DNA of 64,000 bases. It comes from Spirochaetia bacterium (GTDB lineage: Bacteria > Spirochaetota > Spirochaetia > SZUA-6 > Bin103). The position numbers and the translations under genes are program-made. This document shows, in pieces, positions 45,646 to 55,183 of the stretch; positions within the stretch are counted from its first letter, which is position 1; the number at the start of each line of letters is the position of its first letter. The stretch lies in assembly GCA_965199955.1 (NCBI GenBank), contig CBDATQ010000001.1, positions 1,408,001 to 1,472,000 on the forward strand, given 5' to 3'. The notes beneath the pieces were generated by a model. The model was given only the letters and a program-made list of their open reading frames with translations. It had not been told where the DNA came from and searched no databases.

Positions 45646-47493
45646 ATGAAGGTGGTGACGTTCGCGCGCTTCATCGCGCGCGGGATCGCGCTGAGCTGTC
45701 AGGCGGGCAAGGCGCTGTTCCTTGCCAGCACGCTCACATCGGTGGTGGGGGCGGTCATCGTGCCCCTGCAGATCGTGCTGCTGGCCACGACCATAGATCT
45801 GGTCCCAAGCGTGGCCGGCTCCGGGTCGGCCGGTGAGGCGCTGCAAGCGCTCGCGTTGCCGCTGGCCGGCATGGCGCTCCTGTGGTTGCTGGGAGGCATG
45901 CTGGCACCAGTCAGCGAGTCATGCAGCCGCGCGTTCTACGTCAAGCTGGGGAATCATGTCCAGGGCCAGCTTCTGCGCAAGGCGGCATCGCTGGATCTGG
46001 CGCTGTTCGACGATCAGCGCTTTTACAACAAGCTGGAGATAGCCCATCGGGATCACCGGCGCGCCGGCGACATGCCGGTCGCTCTGACGTATTCCCTGCG
46101 TTCATGGATCACGCTGGTGTCGGTGCTGGGGCTGCTGGCCATGTTCACGCCCTGGGCCGTGCTCATCCTGAGTGCTACCGTAGTGCCAGAGCTCCTGTTC
46201 CGAGGGCGGATCACCGGTCAGTTGTACGTGATGTGGAACACTCAGGCGCCGATCCAGAGGCTGTGCCACTACATCGCGTCGCTGCTTGTGGATCGAGTGC
46301 CGGCCAAGGAGACCCGCCTGTTCGGATTGGGGGCATCGCTGATCGAGCGTTACCGCCGGGCCCGGGTCGACCTGTATCGGCAGGAGCGGCGCATCCTGGG
46401 TGTCGAGGTCCGCGGCTTGGGCCTTCTGGGCTTGCTGTCGGTGGCGGGTACCGTGGCGATCTGGATCTGGGCCGCCGTCGATGCGGTCAGCGGCGCGGTC
46501 GCGCTCGGCACGCTGGTGCTGGTGTTCCAGTCTGCTGACAAGGCGCGAGGTCAACTCCAGGATGCCGCCCGGGGAGCCGGCATGCTGGTCGAGAGCCGGC
46601 TGCACGCGCAGAGCTATTTCGACTTCATGGACCTGAACCCCGGCGACTATGCCGGCTCGCTGCGACCGGCGGCGCGGCAGGTGGCCGCGCCGTCCTCCGT
46701 GAGTGACGGCCTCGAACTGACCGGCGTGTCCTTCGAGTATCCTGGGACGGAACGGCCGGTATTGCGGAACCTCAACCTCCGGTTGCGCGCAGGCGAGCGC
46801 GTGGCGATCGTGGGCGAGAACGGGGCAGGCAAGACCACCCTGGTGAAGCTGCTCACGCGCCTGTATGACCCGACGGGCGGCAGCATCGAGCTCGACGGCG
46901 TCGATTACCGCGACTACGACGTCTCCGGGTTGCGGAAGCTCTTCGGCGTTGCGTTCCAGGACTACGCTCAATTTCATCTCACCGCACGCGAGAACGTCGG
47001 CTTCGGCGACATCGAGCGGGTGGACGACACCGAAGCGATCATGGAAGCCGTCCGCAGCGCGGCGGCGCAGGAGATGGTCGAGCAGTTGCCGAGCGGGCTC
47101 GACACCATGCTGGGCCGGACGCTGGGCGAAGGCACGGACCTGTCCGGCGGACAGTGGCAGAAACTGGCGCTGGCCCGCGCCTTCTTTCGCGACGGGGCCG
47201 TGCTGATCCTGGACGAGCCGACCGCCGCGCTCGACGCGCGTGCCGAGCACGAGCTGTTCGACCACATCCTGGCGGAGAGCCGCGGGCGCACCACGATCAT
47301 CATCTCGCACCGTTTCTCGACAGTGCGTAGCGCCGACCGTATTCTCGTGCTCCATGAAGGGGAGATCGTCGAGGACGGCGATCACGCCGGCCTGATGGAG
47401 CGCAACGGCCGCTACGCCGAGATGTTCCGCCTGCAGGCCAGCCGCTACACCGATCCGCCTGCCGAGCAGGAAGAGGAACCGGGGGAGGAGTGA
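45646..47493 (+). CDS. ABC exporter, fused permease and ATPase
   Basis: TM helices, AKETRLFG, GENGAGKTT, LSGGQWQ, LILDEPT, ISHRFS. Confidence 0.92.
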   Translation: MKVVTFARFIARGIALSCQAGKALFLASTLTSVVGAVIVPLQIVLLATTIDLVPSVAGSGSAGEALQALALPLAGMALLWLLGGMLAPVSESCSRAFYVKLGNHVQGQLLRKAASLDLALFDDQRFYNKLEIAHRDHRRAGDMPVALTYSLRSWITLVSVLGLLAMFTPWAVLILSATVVPELLFRGRITGQLYVMWNTQAPIQRLCHYIASLLVDRVPAKETRLFGLGASLIERYRRARVDLYRQERRILGVEVRGLGLLGLLSVAGTVAIWIWAAVDAVSGAVALGTLVLVFQSADKARGQLQDAARGAGMLVESRLHAQSYFDFMDLNPGDYAGSLRPAARQVAAPSSVSDGLELTGVSFEYPGTERPVLRNLNLRLRAGERVAIVGENGAGKTTLVKLLTRLYDPTGGSIELDGVDYRDYDVSGLRKLFGVAFQDYAQFHLTARENVGFGDIERVDDTEAIMEAVRSAAAQEMVEQLPSGLDTMLGRTLGEGTDLSGGQWQKLALARAFFRDGAVLILDEPTAALDARAEHELFDHILAESRGRTTIIISHRFSTVRSADRILVLHEGEIVEDGDHAGLMERNGRYAEMFRLQASRYTDPPAEQEEEPGEE

Positions 47494-48953
47494 GCGCTCC
47501 GGCCCGCCCCAACCTCGTCCTGATCTCGGCCGACCAGTGGCGCGGCGACGTGCTCGGTGTCGCCGGCGACCCGGTGATCCACACGCCCGGCATCGATGCC
47601 ATGGCCGCCAGCGGCCACTACTTCCCGCGCGCGGTCACCGAGCTGCCGTCGTGCGTGGGCGCGCGCCGCACGCTGTTCAGCGGGCAGTGGCCGGTGACGC
47701 ACGGCATGACCGGCTTCGACGACCTGGAGCCGTGGCCGGAGCCCGACACCCTGTGCCGGGTCTTTCAGCGCAACGGCTACCGGACCTACGGCATCGGCAA
47801 GCGCCATGTCTATCCGCAGGACGCCCGCCACGGCTTCGACCTGCTGCGCACCCACGAGGAAGGCCGCTTCCTGAGCCCCGGCTACCGCGACGACTACCTG
47901 TCCATGCTCGCCGAGGCGGGGTGGGGGGACTTCGGCCTGTTCGGCGCCGGGGTGACCAACAACAGCTACCACGGCCGCGCGAGCGTGCTGCCGCCGGAGC
48001 TGCACGTCACCACCTGGACCGCCACCGAGGCGATCCGGGTGATGGAGGACCACGTCAGGACCTGGGGCCGCGACCAGCCGTTCTTCCTGTACGTCTCCTT
48101 CAGCAAACCGCACCCGCCGTGGGACCCGCCGGCGCACTTCTTCGACCACTACTACGGCGACCCCGATCTGCCGATGCCCGTGATCGGGGATGCCGCCGGC
48201 TACGTCATCTCGCCCAGTCCGTTCGTGGCCGGCACGCGCGGGCCGCTCCCGGAGGGCGAGGTCTGTCAGCTCAAGGCCAGGGACATGCGCCGCGCGCGCG
48301 CCGCCTACTACGGCCTGATCGACCAGATCGACGCGCAGATCACCCGCCTGGCCTACCACCTGTGGCGCTCCCTGATGGTGCGCAACACCGTCTTCGCCTT
48401 CGTCGCCGACCACGGCGAGATGCTCGGCGATCACCACTGGTGGGCGAAGTCGGTGGGATACGAGGGCTCCATCCGCGTGCCGTTCGTCCTCAGCTTCCCT
48501 CAGGAGATGCCGCTGCCGACCAACCGCACCTATCCCGACGCGACCGTCGGGCTGGCCGACCTGATGCCCACTGTGCTGGACGCGTGCGGCCTGCCGATCC
48601 CGGAGCGCTGCGACGGCGCGTCGCTGATGCCGCTGATTTCAGGCGAGGCGGACCGCCTCGACCGCGGCCATCTGCACGTCGAGCACCTGGAGTACGGCCA
48701 CTTCCTGCTCGACCACACCGGGAAGTTCCTCTGGCACTACCGGATGGGCGTGAAGGAATACTACGACCTGCAGGACGACCCGAACGAGTGCCGCAACCGC
48801 TACGGTGACGACCCGCGGGCGCCAAAGCTGGAGGAACGGCTGAAGGCGCTGCTGGTCGAACAGGGCCGCGAGGACGACTTCATGCGCGGGGGCGAGCTGG
48901 ACGACGCGACCGCGCAGTCCCACATCCACGAGCCGCCCGCGTACGCGCGGTAG
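47490..48953 (+). CDS. Sulfatase (formylglycine type) with atypical CVGAR motif
   Basis: PNLVLISADQWR, PSCVGARRTLFSG, GKRH, KPHPP, ADHGEMLGDH, YEGSIRVP, DPNE. Confidence 0.88.
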   Translation: MSAPARPNLVLISADQWRGDVLGVAGDPVIHTPGIDAMAASGHYFPRAVTELPSCVGARRTLFSGQWPVTHGMTGFDDLEPWPEPDTLCRVFQRNGYRTYGIGKRHVYPQDARHGFDLLRTHEEGRFLSPGYRDDYLSMLAEAGWGDFGLFGAGVTNNSYHGRASVLPPELHVTTWTATEAIRVMEDHVRTWGRDQPFFLYVSFSKPHPPWDPPAHFFDHYYGDPDLPMPVIGDAAGYVISPSPFVAGTRGPLPEGEVCQLKARDMRRARAAYYGLIDQIDAQITRLAYHLWRSLMVRNTVFAFVADHGEMLGDHHWWAKSVGYEGSIRVPFVLSFPQEMPLPTNRTYPDATVGLADLMPTVLDACGLPIPERCDGASLMPLISGEADRLDRGHLHVEHLEYGHFLLDHTGKFLWHYRMGVKEYYDLQDDPNECRNRYGDDPRAPKLEERLKALLVEQGREDDFMRGGELDDATAQSHIHEPPAYAR

Positions 48954-48977
48954 CCGGATTCGACGCAGGAGGTTTTC

Positions 48978-50348
48978 ATGACGCCGTTACCCACCACCAA
49001 CCAGGGTTGGCTCGAGCTTGGCAATCGGTATCTCCTTCGGCATCCGATGCGGACCGCTCCGCTGGTGCCCGAGCGTGGCGAGGGAATCTACCTGTGGGAC
49101 GTGGAGGGCCGGCGGTTCATCGACTTTCAGTCCGGTCAGCTCTGCGTGACGCTCGGCCACTCCCACCCGGAGTACGTGCAGGCGCTGTGCGACCAGGCAC
49201 GGAAGATCGTTCAGATCGGCAGCACCTTCATAGCGCCGTCAGAGGTGCTGTTGGCGAAGAAGATGGCCGACATCGCACCCGATCCGCTGCAGAAGTCCTT
49301 CTTCGCGTGTACCGGTTCCGAATCGAACGAGATGGCGCTGCGCCTGGTGAGGAAGTACACGGGACGCTTCGAGGTGATCGCGCTCATGCGCGGCTACCAC
49401 GGGCAGTCGTACGGGAGCGCATCCATCACCGGTCGGGGCGGCATGCTGCGCGAGGGATACGGCCCCATGCCCGCCGGCGCCGCGTTCGTTCCGCCGCCGT
49501 ACGCCTATCGCTGCCAGTTCTGCCGCGATGAGGCCTGCTGCAACCTGGGCTGCGCCGACGCGGCCGAGTACGTCCTCGATACGGCGACCTCCGGCCGGCC
49601 GGCGGCGTTCTTCTTCGAGCCGTTGATGAGCGCGGCCGGACAGATCGTGCCCTCCAGGGAGTGGATACGGCGGATGGTCGAGGTCTGCCGGAGCCGGGAC
49701 ATACTGATGGTGGCGGACGAAGCGCTGACCTGCTTCGGCCGGACGGGCCGGTGGTTCGCCTTCGAGCACTTCGACTTCGTGCCCGACCTCGTCACCTGCT
49801 CAAAGGGGCTCGGCGGCGGCGTGCCCCTGTGCGCGGTCCTTACCAGCGCCGAGATCGCCGACGTGGCAGTGGAACGGGGGTTCATGCCGTTCTCGTCCCA
49901 CGCCGGGGACCCGCTGCTCTGCGCCACCGGCCTGGCGAACCTGGAGATCGTCGAACGCGAAGATCTCGTGGAGAACGCCCGGCGGGTAGGCGGCTACTTC
50001 ATGGAAAAACTCAAGGCGCTGGAGAGAGAACTGGCCATCGTCGGCGAAGCCCGCGGCCTCGGCCTGTGTCTGGGCCTGGAGCTGGTGACCGACAAGGAGA
50101 GCCGGGAGCCCAACTTCGCTGCTGCCGCGATGGCGACGAACTACTGCTACGAGCACGGCCTGTGGCTGCCGATCGTGCCGATGGTGCAAGACGACAACCC
50201 GCTGAGTCGGCGTTTCATGGAGATCTCGGGCTCCCACGTCCTGCGCTTCATGCCGCCGATCACCGTCACCGAGGCGCAGATCGACGAAGCGATGGACATC
50301 ATCGCGGCAAGCCTGCGGCTCGCGGAAGATGCATGCGCATCGGCGTAG
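48978..50348 (+). CDS. Class III PLP aminotransferase (dialkylglycine decarboxylase-like)
   Basis: DFQSGQLCVTLGHSHP, TGSESNE, YHG, ADEALTCFGRTG, SKGLGGG, LRFMPP. Confidence 0.88.
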   Translation: MTPLPTTNQGWLELGNRYLLRHPMRTAPLVPERGEGIYLWDVEGRRFIDFQSGQLCVTLGHSHPEYVQALCDQARKIVQIGSTFIAPSEVLLAKKMADIAPDPLQKSFFACTGSESNEMALRLVRKYTGRFEVIALMRGYHGQSYGSASITGRGGMLREGYGPMPAGAAFVPPPYAYRCQFCRDEACCNLGCADAAEYVLDTATSGRPAAFFFEPLMSAAGQIVPSREWIRRMVEVCRSRDILMVADEALTCFGRTGRWFAFEHFDFVPDLVTCSKGLGGGVPLCAVLTSAEIADVAVERGFMPFSSHAGDPLLCATGLANLEIVEREDLVENARRVGGYFMEKLKALERELAIVGEARGLGLCLGLELVTDKESREPNFAAAAMATNYCYEHGLWLPIVPMVQDDNPLSRRFMEISGSHVLRFMPPITVTEAQIDEAMDIIAASLRLAEDACASA

Positions 50349-52360
50349 ATTCCGGCGGCACGTTCACGGACGTGGTCGCCTTCGACCCGGAACGCGGCCG
50401 CCTGGTGTTCCACAAGGTCGCCTCGACGCCGGACGACCCGGCGGCGGGCATCGTCAGCGGCGCGCTGGGAGCCGCCGAGCGGGCGGAGGCGCAGCCGGTC
50501 GACGTGGCGATGCTCATCCACGGCACGACGGTCGCCACCAACCAGGTGCTGCAGCGCGCCGGGGCGCTGGTCGCGCTGATCACCACCGCCGGGTTCCGGG
50601 ACGTACTGCACATCCAGCGCCAGTCGCGGCCGCGCATGTACGACCTGCGCTCACGCCGGACCGCTCCGTTGGTGCCGCGCGAGCTGCGCTTCGAGGTGCG
50701 CGAGCGCATGCGCTTCGACGGCACCGTTCAGACCCCCCTGGACCGCGCGGGGCTGGCCGCCGTGATCGACGCCATCCGCGATGCGGGCGTGCAGGCGGTC
50801 GCCGTGGGGCTGCTACACAGCTACGCCAATCCCGGCCACGAGCGGGAGATAGGCGAGGAGGTGGCGCGCCGGCTGCCGGGGGTCGCCGTCAGCCTGTCGC
50901 ACGAGCTGATGGGCGAGCACGGCGAGTACGAGCGGTTCAGCACCTGCGTGATGAACGCATTCGTGCAGCCGGGGATCGAGCGCTACGTTACTCGGCTCGG
51001 CGCGGGGCTGCGCGAGGCCGGCTTCACGGCGCCGCTGTACGTGATGAAGTCCAACGGCGGCGTCATGACCGCCGCTTCCGCCGCGCGCCGCTGCGTGGAG
51101 ACGGTGCTCTCCGGGCCGGCCGGCGGCGTGGTCGCGGGCGCCGCGGTGGCGCGGGCGCGCGGCGCCGCCGACCTGATCACCTGCGACATGGGCGGCACCA
51201 GCTTCGACGTCGGCGTCATCCAGGACGGCGACATCCCGTTCGCCCGCGACACGGAGATGGGCGGCCTTGCCCTTGGCGTGCCGATGCTGGACCTGCACAC
51301 CGTGGGCGCCGGCGGCGGCAGCATCGCCTGGCTGGACGCCGGCAACGCCCTGCGCGTGGGGCCGCGCTCGGCCGGCGCCGTGCCCGGGCCGGCCTGCTAC
51401 GGGACCGGCGGCAGCGAGCCGACGGTCACCGACGCCGACCTGGTGCTGGGCCGGCTGGGGACCCGGACGCTGCTGGGCGGCGGCATGACCCTGGACCGGG
51501 AGGCGGCCGAGCGGGCGATTCACGACCGCATCGCCGCGCCGCTCGGACTGGGCGTCGCCGAGGCGGCCGAGGGGATCGTGCGCGTGATCAACGCCACCAT
51601 GACCGCCGCGATCCGCAAGCTGACCATCGAGCGCGGCCACGATCCCCGCCGGTTCGCGCTCTGCCCGTTCGGCGGCGCCGGCCCCATGCACGGCGCGGAG
51701 CTGGCCGCCGAGCTGGGGGTCGCGGAGACCGTGATCCCGGTCGCCCCCGGCGTGCACTCCGCGCTCGGGCTGCTGATGACCAATCTGCGCGAGGACCGCA
51801 CCCGCACGCTGGTGCGGCGGCTGGACGCCGCGGCCGTGGAGGAGCTGAGCGCCGTGCTGGGCGACCTGGAAACGGAGGGACGCGCGCAACTCCGCGCGCA
51901 CGACGGAGTCGCTCCGGCCGTCAGCCGCGCGGTCGGTCAGCGCTACCTGGGCCAGCGTTACGAGCTGTCGGTGCCAGTCGGCGCCGAGCTGCCGCCGCTT
52001 GCGGAGCTCGGCGACCGGTTCCACGACCTGCACGACCGGCGCTACGGCTACCGGCGCGAAGACCATCCGGTGGAGGTGGCCAGCGCCTGGGTGGCGGTCG
52101 AGCACGACCTGCATCCCCTGGAGATGCCCGAGGCGCAGGCGGCTGCCGGGGAGCCCGCGCCCCGCCTGATGCGGGAGGCTCGCTTCAACGGCGTCGAGCA
52201 GGAGGTGCCGGTGTTCGCTCGCGCGGACCTTGGAGCCGGCTGCATCGTGCGCGGGCCGGCGGTCGTGGAGCAACTCGACGCCGCCTCCGTCATTCCCCCG
52301 GCGCACCGGCTGGAGGTGGATCGCTTCGGCCACCTGGTGGTATCACGCACCGATGGCTGA
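50333..52360 (+). CDS. Hydantoinase/oxoprolinase subunit A (HyuA-like)
   Basis: GVDSGGTFTD, HGTTVATN, SGPAGG, DMGGTSFD, GAGGGS, FGGAG. Confidence 0.93.
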   Translation: MRIGVDSGGTFTDVVAFDPERGRLVFHKVASTPDDPAAGIVSGALGAAERAEAQPVDVAMLIHGTTVATNQVLQRAGALVALITTAGFRDVLHIQRQSRPRMYDLRSRRTAPLVPRELRFEVRERMRFDGTVQTPLDRAGLAAVIDAIRDAGVQAVAVGLLHSYANPGHEREIGEEVARRLPGVAVSLSHELMGEHGEYERFSTCVMNAFVQPGIERYVTRLGAGLREAGFTAPLYVMKSNGGVMTAASAARRCVETVLSGPAGGVVAGAAVARARGAADLITCDMGGTSFDVGVIQDGDIPFARDTEMGGLALGVPMLDLHTVGAGGGSIAWLDAGNALRVGPRSAGAVPGPACYGTGGSEPTVTDADLVLGRLGTRTLLGGGMTLDREAAERAIHDRIAAPLGLGVAEAAEGIVRVINATMTAAIRKLTIERGHDPRRFALCPFGGAGPMHGAELAAELGVAETVIPVAPGVHSALGLLMTNLREDRTRTLVRRLDAAAVEELSAVLGDLETEGRAQLRAHDGVAPAVSRAVGQRYLGQRYELSVPVGAELPPLAELGDRFHDLHDRRYGYRREDHPVEVASAWVAVEHDLHPLEMPEAQAAAGEPAPRLMREARFNGVEQEVPVFARADLGAGCIVRGPAVVEQLDAASVIPPAHRLEVDRFGHLVVSRTDG

Positions 52361-54050
52361 CGGAGCCGCGATCGATCCCATCACGCTCGAGATCATGCGC
52401 AACCGCTGGCTGGGAATCGCCGAGGAGTGTTGCGCCGCCCTGGTGCGCGCCAGCTACTCCACCAACATCAAGGACCGCCGTGACTGCTCGGTGGCGCTGG
52501 CCACGCCCGACGGGGTGATCGTCGCCCAGGCGGAGGTGGGCACGCCCCTCCACCTGGGCATCATGCCGGGCGTCCTGGGCGCGATCCTGGCCGAGTTTCC
52601 TCCGAAGGGGATGCAGCCCGGCGACATGTATGCCAGCAACCTGCCCTATCCCGAGGGGCCGGGCCACCTGCCGGACCTGTCGCTGGTGGCGCCCGTCTTC
52701 CACGGGGGCGAGCTGGTCGCACTTTCGGCGTCCACCGCCCACCACGTGGACATGGGCGGCTACGCGCCGGGCAGCATGCCGTTCGGGGTGACCGAGATCT
52801 ACCAGGAGGGGCTGCAGATCCCGCCGATCGCGCTGGTGCGCGGCGGCGAGCTGCAGGAGCCGATCCTGCGGCTGATCGAGCAGAACGTCCGCACCCGCAT
52901 CGAGGTGCGCGGCGACCTGATGGCCCAGTACGCCACCGCCCGCACCGCGGAGCGGCGGGTGGCCGAGCTGCTGGACGCAGGCGACGGCCGGCTGGCGCTC
53001 GACGCCATCCCCGCCATCCTCGATCACGCCGAGGCGTGCATGCGCGCCGGCATCCGCGGGCTGCCTGACGGGGTGTACCGGTTCCGCGACTACCTGGACG
53101 ACGACGGCTTCACCGACGACCCGGTACGCATCGCCGTCGAGATCCGCGTCGCTGGTGACGAGTTGTCCGTCGACTTCGACGGAACCAGCGCCCAGGTGGC
53201 CGGCCCCCTGAACGCGCGGCTGAGCGCCGCGCGCGCGGCGGTCTACTACACCTGCAAGGCCGTGATCGACCCCGACCTGCCCACCTCGGCCGGAGCCTAC
53301 CGCCCCATACACGTCAGCGCTCCGGAAGGGACGGTCATGAACGCCACCTTCCCGGCGGCCATCGGCAACGCCAACATCCTCACCGACCAGCGTGTGGTCG
53401 ACGTGCTGATGGGGGCGCTGGCGCAGTGCGTGCCGGAGCGGGTGTGCGCCGCCTGTTCGGGAGAGATGAACCTGCTCAACATCGGGGGCGTCGACGACCG
53501 TCCCGACGCCCTCGACTCCTACTACAACTACGTGGAGACCTACGCTGGCGGGCAGGGAGCGATGCACGACCTGGACGGCGAGGACGGCGTGCACACCCAT
53601 CTGACCAACACCCGCAACGCCCCGGTGGAGGTGATCGAGCGCACCTACCCGCTGGAGGTGGTGCGCTACGGGCTTGTCCCCGACACCGAGGGCGCGGGCC
53701 GCCGGCGCGGCGGCTGCGGCATGGTGCGCGAGCTGCGCTCCCTGGGCGAGCGCACGGTGGTCACCATCGGCGCCGACCGCCGCCGCTTCACGCCCTGGGG
53801 GTTGGACGGCGGGAAGAATGCTACGGGCTCGATGCTCACCGTGACCGCCGCCGACGGCACGGTGCGCGTGCTGCCGACCAAAGCGTTCGTGGAGCTTCAG
53901 CGCGGCGACGTGCTCACTGTCCAGACGCCGGGCGGCGGCGGCTGGGGCGCGCCGGCGGACCGTGAGCCCGACCGGCTGGATCGGGACGTAAGCTCCGGCC
54001 TGATCAGCCCGGAGCGGGCGCGTGAGGTGTACGGCAGCGACGGTCCCTGA
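52353..54050 (+). CDS. Hydantoinase/oxoprolinase subunit B (HyuB-like)
   Basis: IDPITLEI, STNIKDRRD, HLPD, HHVDMGG, EIYQEG, TPGGGGWG. Confidence 0.93.
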   Translation: MADGAAIDPITLEIMRNRWLGIAEECCAALVRASYSTNIKDRRDCSVALATPDGVIVAQAEVGTPLHLGIMPGVLGAILAEFPPKGMQPGDMYASNLPYPEGPGHLPDLSLVAPVFHGGELVALSASTAHHVDMGGYAPGSMPFGVTEIYQEGLQIPPIALVRGGELQEPILRLIEQNVRTRIEVRGDLMAQYATARTAERRVAELLDAGDGRLALDAIPAILDHAEACMRAGIRGLPDGVYRFRDYLDDDGFTDDPVRIAVEIRVAGDELSVDFDGTSAQVAGPLNARLSAARAAVYYTCKAVIDPDLPTSAGAYRPIHVSAPEGTVMNATFPAAIGNANILTDQRVVDVLMGALAQCVPERVCAACSGEMNLLNIGGVDDRPDALDSYYNYVETYAGGQGAMHDLDGEDGVHTHLTNTRNAPVEVIERTYPLEVVRYGLVPDTEGAGRRRGGCGMVRELRSLGERTVVTIGADRRRFTPWGLDGGKNATGSMLTVTAADGTVRVLPTKAFVELQRGDVLTVQTPGGGGWGAPADREPDRLDRDVSSGLISPERAREVYGSDGP

Positions 54051-54421
54051 GAGCGCGTCCCGCCATATCGGCAGTTGTCGGAACTCGGGTTGGCCCAGTG
54101 GCTGGAAATCGCGACGAGCGGGGACATAACGACTGCACAATACTCGCGGGGAGGAGAAATCGGGCACTCTTGCAGATCCACCAACGCCGGCGCTGGCGGT
54201 GAAAGGTTGGCGTTCCGCACGCCGGCGGATCCAGGGTCTGTCCCGACCGAGGGTGGGAGCTGTCGCCACGATCGGCCGGAGCCAGTAGCGGCGTCGCGCG
54301 TCCGTGATCGGCTCGAACGGCCTGAGAGGGGCGGCAGGGGCAGCGCTTGACGGAGCACAGAGAAGCGGACATTTGCGCCCGGAGCGGCCCCTGTCATATC
54401 ATCGCGGTCTCTCCTGCACCG

Positions 54422-55129
54422 ATGCCGCTAACCTACTATATCCACGCACGCCGCGACGAGCCCAAGGTTGCGCTGACCTTCGACGACGGGCCGAACCCGC
54501 CCCGCACCGACGAGATCATGGACATCCTGGAGGCGAAGGGAGCCCGCGGCACGTTCTTCGTGCTCGGCAAGTGGGTCGAGCGGTGGCCGCAGGCGTTCGA
54601 GCGGATCGTGCGGCGCGGCCACTGCATCGGCAACCACAGCCACGTCCACCACGCACACGTCGGCGACTTCGACCGCGCCGAGGCCGTGATCGGCAACATC
54701 CTGGGCCGCCCCACGCGGTTCTTGCGCGCCCACTACTTCAACTACTTCACCTGCCTGTACTCGCCGCTTGCGATGTCCGAGTCGATGGCGATCGTCGACT
54801 CGGACGTCAACCCGGCCGACTACGCCAAGACCGATCCGCAGGAGATCGTCGAAGCCACGCTGCAGCACCCGTCGCTCGCCGCCGGGTCGATCATCGACCT
54901 GCACGACAGCGGCGAGACGGACGACGACGGGCTGCGCCTGGCACGGCCGCTGCCGCTGATTGCGGCTCTGCCGACGATCATCGACGGCCTGCAGGCGCAG
55001 GGCTTCCAGCTCGTCGGCCTGGACCAGATGACCCTGGTCGACCCGGTCGAGTGGCAGCCGGACGACCGCGCGACCTACGCGTCGCCGGAGGCGCGCGCCG
55101 CGGTGTACGAGCTCGGCCGGCAGCGATGA
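54422..55129 (+). CDS. Polysaccharide deacetylase (NodB/CE4)
   Basis: ALTFDDGP, TFFVLG, GNHSHVH, IIDLHD. Confidence 0.9.
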   Translation: MPLTYYIHARRDEPKVALTFDDGPNPPRTDEIMDILEAKGARGTFFVLGKWVERWPQAFERIVRRGHCIGNHSHVHHAHVGDFDRAEAVIGNILGRPTRFLRAHYFNYFTCLYSPLAMSESMAIVDSDVNPADYAKTDPQEIVEATLQHPSLAAGSIIDLHDSGETDDDGLRLARPLPLIAALPTIIDGLQAQGFQLVGLDQMTLVDPVEWQPDDRATYASPEARAAVYELGRQR

Positions 55130-55183
55130 ACCTCGCCTTCAACATCTGCTCATCAATCCTTGTTCACGAAGGAGGAGACTAGA

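Noticed and set aside
54051..54421. Small ORFs or ncRNA in the gap between HyuB and the deacetylase
   Set aside because: No recognisable motif, codon bias or convincing structure; only a weak TTGCGC/TATCAT promoter near its end.
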